A stretch of 64,000 nucleotides of DNA, taken from positions 28,892,001 to 28,956,000 of the forward strand of contig OX597831.1 in the NCBI GenBank assembly GCA_951406725.2, given 5' to 3'. The first letter of the stretch is position 1. Every line of letters starts with the position of its first letter. This document shows, piece by piece, positions 52,139 through 64,000 of the stretch. A program made the position numbers and the translations under genes. The notes beneath the pieces are model-generated. The model saw only the letters and a program-made list of their open reading frames with translations. It was not told the origin of the DNA and did not search any database. This stretch comes from Octopus vulgaris. Taxonomy: Eukaryota.

Positions 52139-52759
52139 TCATCATCACCATCATTTAACTTCCGTCTTCCATGCTGGCATGAGTTACAGAGTTTGACAGG
52201 AAGTGACAGGTCAGAGAACTGCACTGAGTTCCAATATCATCTTCTTTGGCATGCTTTCTACAGCTGGTTCCTAATGCTAACCACTCAGAAGAATGTACAA
52301 GTTGCTTTTTTCATGGCACTAACACTAGTGAGGTCACCAACTTTATATATAGGTGTGTGTCTGTGTGAGACTTATTTTACTGATCTCAGAACACTGAAAA
52401 ATAAAGCTGGCTTGAGCAGGATTTGAACCTGGAATGTAAAGCGAGGTAACTAAATGGGCCAAGGTGTTCAACCCATCACTTAACTGTCTCAATCCAGTGT
52501 TAGAAGACTGTAGACATGAAGAGCTATGTGTCTTGTTCAAGGAGAGACCTAAACCACTTTATACGCAACAAAGAAGTCCACGTTAATCATCTTTATAGTG
52601 GAGATGGGGACTAAATACCATGTGGTGTTTAATCATAATGAAACTCCACCAAGGTAGACTTTACCTTTCGGTATCAATGAAATAAGTACCAGATACATAC
52701 TAGTGTTGATGTAATCAACTTCCCCTACCCATCAAAATCTGCAATGCTCATTATTACTA

Positions 52760-53132
52760 TTACCTCTGCCTTAGCGAAGGCGGAGGTATTGTTTTCAGTT
52801 GTGTTTGTTTTGGGTGTTTGTCTGTGGACAAGATATCTCAAGAACCACTGGATGGATTCAAATGAAACCTTCAGGGATGTTTGGCTTCATGAATGGCATG
52901 AACTGATTTAGATTTTGGGATCGATTCGGTATTGGACAAGGATTCTGGATTATTTTTTCCTGTTATTTTTACTTAATTTTTAGAGTGGCCGGGTTCATAT
53001 TTAGTATTCTCGTTTTTGAGAGCAGTCGAGTTTATTTCAGATATTATCATTTTAAAAATCCTCTCTGGCTAATCATTGAGAGGAAGTTGGTATTGCCTTG
53101 GTGGAGGTTTGCATTCTCTGAGTGCTTTTGTT
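52760..53132 (+). mobile_element. Helentron-associated (HINE/DINE-like) element, second copy
   Basis: Colinear with 751-1112. Confidence 0.7.
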
Positions 53133-53136
53133 GTTG

Positions 53137-53173
<37 letters not shown>

Positions 53174-54178
53174 GGCAGCAAGCTGGCAGAATCCTTAGCA
53201 TGCTGGGCAAAATGCTTAGTGGTGTTCTGTTCATGTTCATCTTTAAATTCCGCCAATGTTGACTTTGTCTTTCAGCCTTTCGGGGTTGAGAAATTAAGTA
53301 CCAGTTGAGCACTGGTACTTAATTGCTAGGTTGTTTTATGGAAGACCAGCAGTCACCCATGCATACCAGCCCACACTCTCCACATCAACGATGTTATCGA
53401 AGGGTATGGCAAAGGCCAATACAGCTTGGCACCTGTGATGTTACAACTCATTTCTTCAGATGAATGAACAGGAGCAACATAAAATAAAGAATGTTGCTTA
53501 AGAACACAACACACCGCCTGGCCTGGAAATTGAACTCACTACCAAATAACTGCGATCCCGATGCTCTAACCACTGAGCCACCTATATATATATTTATATT
53601 TATATGTGTGTGTGTGTGTGTGCACACAATGTGTTTGAGTACATGTGTGTGATGAAGAACCATGTATTCTTGGGTTCAGTCCTACTGTACGGCACCTTGG
53701 GCAAGTTTCTTCTACTATAAGACGCAGGTCAAGCCAAACGTTGTGAGTGGATTTGATAGCCTGTTGTTATCATCATCATCATCACCATCATGTAATGCCG
53801 GTTTCCCATGATGGCATGGGTTGGCAGTTTTGACAGGAATTGGAAATATAGAAGACAGCACCAAGATTTGAGGTCTGCTTTGGCATGGTTTCTACGGCTG
53901 GATGCCCTTGCTAACAACAACACACACACACACACACACACACACGCGCGCGCGCGCACAGGCATGCATGCACATACATGTATGTTTGTGCGTGTATGTG
54001 TGTCTTTGTGCTTGTCCCATACGCAATGCTTCGCAATTGGTGTTGCTTCAATAAATGAAACCGGTAGAATAAGTACCGAGGCCAAAAGATATGTACTAGG
54101 TTCAATTCGTGCAACTAAACTCTACAAGGTGGTGCTCTAGCATGGCCACAGGCCAATGACTGAAACATGTAAAAGATA

Positions 54179-54216
<38 letters not shown>

Positions 54217-54343
54217 TTAGAGATAAAACCACTATATATATATTTATACTATAAAATTAGATTTAATCCTAAATCTAATTTTTCCCTGTAAGTTTGGATT
54301 TACTCCCTAATATTATTATTATTAATTATATATATATATATAT

Positions 54344-54381
<38 letters not shown>

Positions 54382-55462
54382 TTAGACACACACACGTGCA
54401 TGCACATACCTATATGCTGGTGTGTTTGTGTGTGTGTGCATGTCTGTGCATAAATATTCCAAGAAAACAAAGCTAATAGTTCAATATTATACGCAACATT
54501 ATTACATGCATAATCCAAACAAACCGACATTTTAACATTATATTACCCCCCCCCACACACACACACACATGTAACAAAAGAACATGATGGAAAAATGAAA
54601 CTCAGAGTAGCAACAGAATGAAACATTGACTTGGAAAAAAAAAATATATGAATATACATCATCATCACTACTATCACCAATATCATCATCATCATCACCA
54701 TCATCATTGTCATCATTTTAGGTCTAGTCTTCCAAGCTCACAAGTGATGGGTGGGTCTTCTCCAACAAAATATCACACACACACACACAGTCATACATGT
54801 GTGTGTATATATTCAGAAAAAATGTCTTTGTGATGTGTATATGTACATGTTTATAAATGTAAATTTAATATATGACTATGTTCTTAAGATGATGATGATG
54901 ATGAATATTTTAAATATATATATATATATGTGTGTGTATGTATGCATGCTATGTATATATGTACATGTTATGTGTGTCTGTGCATGCGAGTGTGTATGTT
55001 GCATGTGTGTCTATGTGCATGTTATATGTGAGCATTTTGGGTGTGTGTGAGCATGTTATATGTATATAGGTATATATGTGTGTGTCTGCATTTTGTATCA
55101 GTGTGGTGTGTGCATGTTATGTGTGTGTGTGTATGAGCATGTTATGTGTGTGTGTGCATGTTATGTATGTCTGCAGTTTGTGTGTATGTGTGTCTACATA
55201 TTTGTGTGCGTGTGTGTGTGTGTATGCATGTTATGTATATATACGTACATGTAATGTGTGTCTGTGCATGTGAGTGTGTATGATGTGTGTGCATTTTGAG
55301 TGTGTGAGCATGTTATGTGTGTACATGTGTGTGTGTGTGTGTGTGAGCATGTTATGTGTGTGAGCATGTTAGTGTGCCACCATTTTGCATAAGTATGTGT
55401 GTGTGTGTGTGTGTGTGTGTGAGTGTGCATTTTGTGTGTGTATGTGTCTCTACATGTTATGT

Positions 55463-55502
<40 letters not shown>

Positions 55503-56139
55503 CTGTAGATACAGTTCAGTCACCAAGTCTTTTACTCTCTAGTAAAACGATTCAGTTTTGAAATGAGACAGGACGAGATGCAACACTCACAACAACGATT
55601 GACAATGAGGGTGGTGATGATGATGATGATGATGATGATGCTGGTGATGGGGGCGGTGGGGGTGGTGCTGCTGCTGCTGCTTATGAAAACGACAACGATG
55701 ATGATGATAAGAGTGAGAACAAATACTATGAGGTTGGTTGGCGGCGATGATGAGGATGGAGGCGGCGATGATGAGGATGGAGGCGGCGATGATGAGGATG
55801 GAGGCGGTGTCGGTGAAGGAAAACTAACGAAGGTAATGGTTTTACAATGAAGATAAAAAAGGTGATGATGATGATGATGATGATGGTGATGGTGAAGACG
55901 ATGGTAAAGATTTTGCCAAATATACAAACGCTTGATTAAAACAATGATGGTGGTGGTGGTGGTGGTGGTGGTGGAATAAACAGATTAAAAACAAATAAAA
56001 CAAATAAATAAAATATATTGTGGGAGAGGAAGCAACATTTTGGTAACCATTTCAGAAAGAAAAAATTAAAAAAAAATGAAAAAAAAAATAGATAAACGGA
56101 GCGAAATTAGAAATCAAATGTTTAAAATAATAAATAATA

Positions 56140-56195
<56 letters not shown>

Positions 56196-56329
56196 AAATA
56201 ATAATAATGGGTTCTTATATTGGCCACAAGAGCCTAAGATGTTGGCAACTATACATCAACATCAAAAGGCAAAACGTTGCACATGAAGGTGAGGGGGTTT
56301 ACATAGGTAAAAATGGGCAGAGAACAACA

Positions 56330-56366
<37 letters not shown>

Positions 56367-56512
56367 TAATAATGATGATGATGATGATGAGAGGAAATGG
56401 ACAAGAACAACATCAACAGTAAAGGAATACAAGACTACTCACGTATATGAATAGGGTGTATATTTATATATATATATATGTGTGTATATATATAGTTGTA
56501 TATATATAGAAG

Positions 56513-56553
<41 letters not shown>

Positions 56554-56887
56554 GAGTGTGTATGTGTATGCGTGTGTGTGTGTGTGTGATTTATGGAATG
56601 CGTAGCTTAATAAGAGGTTTTAGTAAATCTAGGGTCGAGGTAGTGGTTGCCCATTTTGCACACAAAAGAATCGGTTTGTGTCAGACAGAGAGACTGAACA
56701 AGACTGGAGAAGAGTCTGGTAAAAGGCAAGGGAATGAGAGAGAGAGAGAGAGAGAGGGAGGGAGAGAGGGAGGGAGAGAAAGGAGAGGGAGAGAAAGGAG
56801 AGGGAGAGAAAGGAGAGGGAGAGAAAGGAGAGGGAGAGAAAGGAGAGGGTGAGGACCGCTTGGTAGAGTAGAATTCCCAATACTTAC

Positions 56888-56907
56888 ATGTTCATGTAAC
56901 GATTAGT

Positions 56908-56939
<32 letters not shown>

Positions 56940-56970
56940 CTGCAGCAGCAGCGACAGCAGCAGCTAGTTA
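56888..56970 (-). other. Candidate internal alternative first exon (ATG AAC AT|gtaagta); 5' extent unknown
   Basis: Consensus donor, phase 2 matching downstream exons, upstream in-frame TAA at 56970-56968, no phase-2 acceptor. Confidence 0.4.
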
Positions 56971-57120
56971 ATGCTCTGCTGTTGCTGTCACACCTCCACA
57001 GTCAGTCCACAACATGCGGGTGTGTATATGTGTATACATACATACATGCAAACACACATACATATATATATATATATATGTATGTGTGTTTGTGTGTGCA
57101 TATATATATGCATATATAAG

Positions 57121-57162
<42 letters not shown>

Positions 57163-57278
57163 TGTGTGTGAGTATATATACATATATATATACACACACA
57201 TACATGTATATATGTATATATATATGTGTGTGTATACACATATATACACACATATATGTATATATGTGAATGTATGTA

Positions 57279-57321
<43 letters not shown>

Positions 57322-57645
57322 CCTCCGCTACATGTGTTTTGCGGCAAGAAAGACAGGCGCGGGTAAAGGAAGAAAATGCAAAGAAGTGGTAGAAGTAGGG
57401 AGAAAATGGTGGGGTGGGGGATCAGCTGTCTGTGACAATGCAAAAAAAAAAACAGGTAGAAAACAAAAAATTGAGGCCCTTGAAATCGCAACCACACACA
57501 CACACAAAACGAAAATTTTACAAAAAAAAAAAAAGGAAAAAATTGAAAAAACCCCCAGAAAACGAGCAAAGGAAACAATGCATGAATGTGTATGCGACAT
57601 GTATAAGAATTGAACCTATGATGATCAAGATGATATCACATACAT

Positions 57646-57716
<71 letters not shown>

Positions 57717-57794
57717 TATATATATACACACACAAAAAAAACACACAAAAAAACACACATATATATATATATACACATATATATATATATACAC

Positions 57795-57853
<59 letters not shown>

Positions 57854-58042
57854 CATCGTTTATAGCACGGGTTGGACGGTTTGACCGGTCTGGGAAGCCA
57901 GGGTCCGCTCCAGGCTCCAGTCTGATAGAGTTTCTATATGCCCTTCCTAACGCCAACCACTCCGTGAGTGGATTGGGTGCTTTTAAGTGCCACTATAGGC
58001 CGGAGGGTCCGGCATCGTCACGATCGGTTCGAGCATTTTAAC

Positions 58043-58081
<39 letters not shown>

Positions 58082-59929
58082 TACACAAACATAGATAAAT
58101 ATTTTGTTCATCTTGAATTCACTTGTTTGGTGGTCGAGGAAGAAGTGGAAAAAACAGTGGGGGGTGGAGTGTGGGGGTGTTACTGCCGTGGTGGTAGTAG
58201 TGGTGGTGGTGGTTTTAGCTATTGATGATGGTGGAAGTGGTGATTATAATGATGGTAGTGGTCGTGGGGATAGTTGTAGTTGTGATGCCAAGTGGTGTTT
58301 ATGGTGATGGTAGTGGTGGTAGATGTTGTGGTGGTGATGCTGGTGATGGTAGCGGTTGTGGTGGTGGAGATGGGGTTTGTAGTGGTAGTAGCGGTGGTGT
58401 TGATGGCAGGGTACTGGTTGTGTTAGTGTGGTCCTTATGATGTTAATGGTTGTAGTGTTGATGATGATTGGTCGTTATCCAGCATCAACATCCTCCCTCC
58501 CTGCTCCAAGGCCTCCAGTTATACTTAAGCAAAATAACGGTTGAGAGCTGGAATTGAACCTATGACATGAAGAGAACCCCATCTGGTACAAAATGTCTGT
58601 CAGTGTATGTGACAACTTTATTCGACATTGCCCCCACCACCACTAAAAACACCAACCAAACGCCCTCAAATCACACCTTTGTCAACTTAACAAAGATCCG
58701 CAAAATACAGGGTGGTCACAACTGGAAGATCATTGACCATCCTGTACTTTCTGGCACACAAGCCAATGTAGTGTGTAGTGCAAACAACACTGTCACCATC
58801 TTTCCAAGTCCTGTTGCATTTCACATGGAATTTTCAGCCCTACAAAGTCATCTTGGTGCAAAAGTCAACCTAAGTTGTTTTGTCTGTCAATTATGGTCTG
58901 AAAAATTTGGCTTGTACGCTGGAAAATACGGTAAGTCTGCAGAATCAAGGCAGATAGAATCAAGGCAACAACAACACCTCATGTTGATGATGAGGATGAT
59001 GATAATGGCAAAAATGGTGATGTTGATGATAATTATGCATCAATACCTTACACATTGGTAAACTGTAAATCCCATCATATCCTATTTATTTTCGTTCACC
59101 TCCATTGCCTCTCTCTCTCTTTCTCATCTTCTTTCCCACCTCATTGCTCTATTGTAATTCTTTATTATCCTTTGGCCAAGCCCAATTTTATCATCAACAA
59201 GCCCAAACACCATCACTATCTGAAAATAATTTTGTCCATAAGACAACATCAATAGCAATAACCAACCAATCCTGTCTCTTTCTATTTCCTCCATCTCTAC
59301 AGCAGAAACATGATTCTTCTTCATCATCATCACCATCATCATCATCATCACCATCAGTGTTAATCATCATTGGTTAGCATCTGACTAGGCTTGTGTGTGT
59401 ATGTGTGTGTGTGGTGTTCGTGTCTTGTACCGGTATTTCATATCAGTTTTGGCATGGTGTCTATGGCTGGATGCTGTTCCTAATGCTAACCACTTCAAGA
59501 AGCAATTTTTTTTTTCTTTTAGGTCTTCACTCAAATGATAAAAGACCCCTAACCCTCATTCCATGCCTGCTCTGCCTTCTCCTTCTATCACTCTGCCAAC
59601 TAGAACAGTTGAAGTAAGAAACAATATAAATGGCCTTATTAAATAGTAACTGGAACGGAACCGTTGTCTCAACAAAACACCATTAGCATTGTCAACACAA
59701 TCATCATCATCATCAACACCAACATCACCACCACCACTACCACCATTTCTTTCATTATTCCACAGAGGAAGGCCAGTCTTTGAGATGCAGTTCTTGTTAT
59801 GTTAAGGACGTGTGGTCACCAGGAAAGACACACATTGATGGTGAGGGCTTGAACTTGAAGAGGCTTTGAGGGAGGGGGCTATTTGTGCAGTTGCAGATGT
59901 TTGTTGTATGCATAAAGAGAATTGAGTGG

Positions 59930-60550
59930 TTGGTACCACATGTTTGTTGGAGAGAAAGAGAGAGAGGGAGGGAGGTAACTGGTACTACTACATCTGTTGT
60001 AGAGGGATAAAAAGGGGAGAGAAAGAGGTAGGTAGTTGGTACTACGAGTCTGTTACAGAGAGAGGGTAGTAGTTGGTACCCAGTGTCTGTTGCAAAGAGA
60101 AAGAGAGGCAGAGAGAGAGTGACAGAAAGAGAGTGAGAGAGAGAGAGAGTGAGAGAGGGAGTGAGAGAGAGAGAGGTGGTAGGTCTCATGTGTCTGTTGT
60201 AGAGGGAGAGAGAGGTGGAATAGTTAGCACCACATCTGTTGTAGAGACAGAGACAGTTGGTACTACGAGTTTGGTGCAGAGAGAGAGGGATGTATTTGGT
60301 ACCCTGTGTCAGTTGCAGAGAGAGAGAGAGAAGAGAGGCAGAGAGAGAGAGAGAAGAGAGGCAGAGAGAGAGAGAGAAGAGAGGCAGAGAGAGAGCGAGA
60401 AGAGAGGCATAGAGAGTTGGTACATCTCATGCATCTGTTGTAGAGAGGTGTAGTTAGTACCACGTCTGTTGTAGAGAAAGAGGCAGTTGGTACTACAGTT
60501 TGTTGTAGAGGTAGGAAGATAGTTAGTAGTACATCTTTTGTAAAGAGAGA
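59930..60550. repeat. Compound (GA)n repeat with ggtactacatctgttgtagag units
   Basis: Seen directly. Confidence 0.8.
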
Positions 60551-62090
60551 GGGGGTGGTGGTTTATTTTGTACCCTGTCTATTGTAGTGAGGTCAACAGA
60601 AGAGTTATCAGAATTTAAGGTGGTGAGCTGGCAGAATCGTTACCATGATGCTTAGCAGTATTTCGTCTGCCGTTATGTTCCGAGTTCAAATTCTGCTGAG
60701 GTCGACTTTGCTTTTCATCCTTTCAGGGTCAATAAATTAAGTACCAGTTATGCACTGGGGTCGATGTAATCTTCTTAATCCCTTTGTCTGTCCGTGTTTG
60801 TCCCCTCTATGTTTAGCCCATTGTGGGCAGTAAAAAAATAAGAATTGTTATCAGAACCATTATTGTTTTTATCTTTTACTTATTTGAGTCATAGGACAGA
60901 AACTGTGCTGAAGCACTACCTTTGAGAATAAAGTTAAAGAAACTGACCCCAGTATTCACTTTTAAGCTTAGTAATTATTCTATTGGTCTTTTTCGCCAAA
61001 CTGCTAAGTTATAGGGATGTAAATAAACCAGTTCAGGTTGTCAACTAGTGGAAACAAACACACAAGATACATTACACAACACACTGATATACATGTGTGT
61101 GTGTATATGTGTGTACATATATAGGTATATATATGTGCAGGTAACAGGCGTAGCTGTGTGGTAAGACGTTTGCATCTCAACCACATGGTTCTGGGTTCAG
61201 TCACACTGCATGGCACCTTGGGCAAGTGTGTCATCTACTACAAACTCGGGCCAACCAAAGCCTTGTGAGTGGATTTGACAGGCAGAAACTGACAGAAGTC
61301 CATCATATATCTCTGTGTGTGTGTGTGTGTGTGTGTGTGTCTCCTTGCTTTGACATTGCATAATTTGTAAATGAGTGTTGTCATCATATAAGTGGTGACA
61401 TCCATGTCCCCTATGCCTGGCTATAAGGGAATATTATCTTGCTTGGAAACAGGTGATAGTTGGTGACAGGAAGGGCATCCGGCCATAGAAAATCTGCTTC
61501 AATGAACTCCGTTTGACACATAGGATAGCAGATGTTAAATGATGATGATGATGATGTTTATACGTGTGTGTGTGTATATATATATATATATTGCAGCTGT
61601 GATACCAGTGCCGGTGATACGTAAGAGAACCATCCGAACGTGGCTGTTGCCAGCGCCGCCCCGACTGGCCTCGTAAAAAAGCACCATCCGATTGTGGCGG
61701 TTGCCAGCCTCACCTGGCCCCCGTGCTGTAAAAAGCACCCACTACACTCACGGAATGGTTGGCGTTAAGAAGGGCATCCAGCCGTAGAATCATTGCCAGA
61801 TCAGACTGGGCCTGGTGCAGCCTTCTGGCTTCCCAGGCCCCAGTTGAACCGTCCAACCCATGCTAGCATGGAAAGTGGATGCTAAATGAAGATGATGATG
61901 ACGATGATATATATATATATATATATATATATTAGTGTTAAATAATACTAAATTGTGAGATTGCCATGCAATAACTAGCACTTGGCTATGAATAACTGGG
62001 TACACTACCAGCAGTATATTGGATAGGTACTATTCCTTAGTTGGTTTCTCAACCTCTAAGTCACACAGAAATATATATATCTATGTGTGC

Positions 62091-62121
<31 letters not shown>

Positions 62122-62499
62122 GATAGATAGATAGATAGGTAGGTAGGTAGGTAGGTAGACAAACAGACAGACATATATTTGACAGGCTTCCACATAGATT
62201 CTGTCAATCATATTCACTCACAAAGCACTGGTTGGCCCACACAGGACAGTAGCAGAAGATACTTGTGCAGTGGGACTGAACCTGAAACCACCTGGTTCCA
62301 AACCAAGCTTCTTAACCACACAGCCATGCCTGCACCGACACAGCTGTATTTTCTTTATGAAAACTAATTAAAATTACCCAACTTACCCCACCACTAGCAT
62401 ACTACTACCACTACTACAATCACTAGTACCACTTACCCCACAACCACCCACATCCAACTGCACCCCTCCCATCTCTCTCTTCTTTTCATCTTATTATTT

Positions 62500-63180
62500 T
62501 CATAATTACAGTGGTGGTGGTGGTGGTGGAATTTGTGTGGGTAGTAGTGGTATGAATGATGAAAGTTGTGGTGATAGTGTTGGTAGTAGTGGTGGTGGTG
62601 GTGGTTGTAGTGCTGATAGTAATACTACCAGTGCTGGTAGTACAGGTGACAGTTGTTGTAGTGGTTGTGGTAATGGTGATGGCAGTCATAATGTGAATAG
62701 CCGTATTGGTGGTAGTAGCTGTGATGGTAGAAGTAGCAGTGATATGGGTAGTGGTGTTGGTAGTAGTGGTAATAGTAGTAGTGATATGCATAGTGTTGTG
62801 GCGGTAGTAGTAGTAGTAATGATGTGAGGAGTGGTGGTGGTAGTAGTAGTGCTAGCAGTAATTATAGTAGTAGTGGTAGTAGTAGTGTTGGTGGTAGTCG
62901 TAGTAGTAGTGGTAATAAGTGAGTTATGGTGTTGGTGGTAGTGGTGTTAGCTGTAGTAGCAGTAGTAGTGATGATGTGGGTAGAGGTGCTAGTTGTAGTG
63001 GTGTTGGTGTTGGTGTAGTGGTGGTGGCAGTGGTAGAAGCAGCAGTAGTGGTGATAAGTGAGTGGGTAGTTGTGTTGGTGGTAGTGCGGCGGTGGTGATG
63101 ATAATAATGGTTGTATTATTAAGCAGTTGTGGTGCTAGTATCTAGTAGTGTCAGTGGTGTAGGAGGTGGTGATGGTGGTG
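62500..63180. repeat. (GTG/GTA)n low-complexity tract
   Basis: Seen directly. Confidence 0.9.
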
Positions 63181-64000
63181 GTATATGCCGCAGTGCAACC
63201 ACTGTGTGTCCTGTAGAGGCAGCAGCAGCTGATTGAAGATGTCCTCTTAATATAAGGTTTTACTACAACAACAACTACTACTACTACCACCACTGCTACT
63301 ATTATTACTACTACTAATACAATACAAAGGGGGTAGGCAAGTGGGTAGGTCAATGGTAAGGGTGTGTGCGTGTGTGTGTACGAAGGTGTGTGCATGTGTG
63401 TGTGTGTGCATTGCAGTTTTATTATTATTGACAAGGACATCATAGCTCATCCTCATTGCTAGAAAACAAGAATACTTGTCTCTCATTCACACAAAAGAGA
63501 GAGAGAGAGAGAAGGAAAGAGAGAGGGGGTGGTATTCTGAGAGATCGTAATCATCATCATCAGCATCCTCATCATCATAGCAAACAGACAAGAGGCATGG
63601 AAGGCTTGCAAATATCCTCTCTGTCTTTCTCTTACTCCTTGCTCCATCGCTCACACAGATATTGTTTCTTCATAACCATTATCATAATTGTTGAGGAACA
63701 GGAATGCTACTTTCACTTTCTCTTTCAGTCTCTCTCTCTCTCTCACACACAAACGCATATGCAGAGAATGAGAGAAAGAAAGAGAAGGAAGTGACAATAC
63801 CATCAGATGTGTTTGGTACTAAAACTACCACATAGCAATTAATGAATGTTGCCTCTGCATATACAGACACAAACACACACTCCTTCTCACACACACACAC
63901 ACAGTGCTACATATTATATGTGCCACTGTGCATTGTAATGTAGTATTTATGTATGTGTGTATACAAACACACACACACACACACCACTACATATTGCTGT

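Noticed and set aside
55532-55927. His/Pro/Ser-rich ORFs, three 21-bp repeats and a GTGAGT donor at 55591/55590
   Set aside because: Low complexity; in the phase-2 frame there is no ATG after the upstream stop and the acceptor is phase 0. Could be UTR, but no CDS is supported.
58567-59061. 164-aa plus-strand ORF
   Set aside because: No recognisable domain; starts in repeat-like sequence and ends in (GAT)n; antisense within an intron.
57600-64000. Search for the next upstream constitutive Myo5 exon
   Set aside because: No myosin-like frame with a phase-2 donor found; it presumably lies beyond the window.

Overview
AT-rich, microsatellite- and SINE-dense animal genomic DNA; the repeat families and intron style point to a coleoid cephalopod, most likely Octopus (inference). 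The window holds the 3' half of one large minus-strand gene, an unconventional class V myosin (Myo5/dilute/didum family). I reconstructed 12 exons by hand (41596 down to stop at 11129), all with GT-AG boundaries and consistent phases. They encode 506 aa of distal coiled coil plus the globular cargo-binding (Dilute) tail. The motor and IQ exons lie beyond 64000. Almost all listed six-frame ORFs are microsatellite or SINE artefacts. The most interesting signal is a set of short, phase-compatible candidate alternative exons in the tail introns that the ORF track misses: (i) a stop-containing exon at 35802-35927 that would replace the cargo domain with a basic, Cys-rich tail ending in a CaaX-like CCLQ, followed by four TGCATG (Rbfox-type) motifs; (ii) a candidate internal first exon (ATG AAC AT|GTAAGT at 56895-56888) that could make a headless tail isoform; (iii) in-frame cassettes of 51, 57 and 24 nt. 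All are sequence-only predictions that need RNA-seq. The introns also hold a mariner remnant, Tc2-like and mariner MITEs, Helitron/Helentron derivatives, LINE fragments, many fold-back elements and minisatellites.
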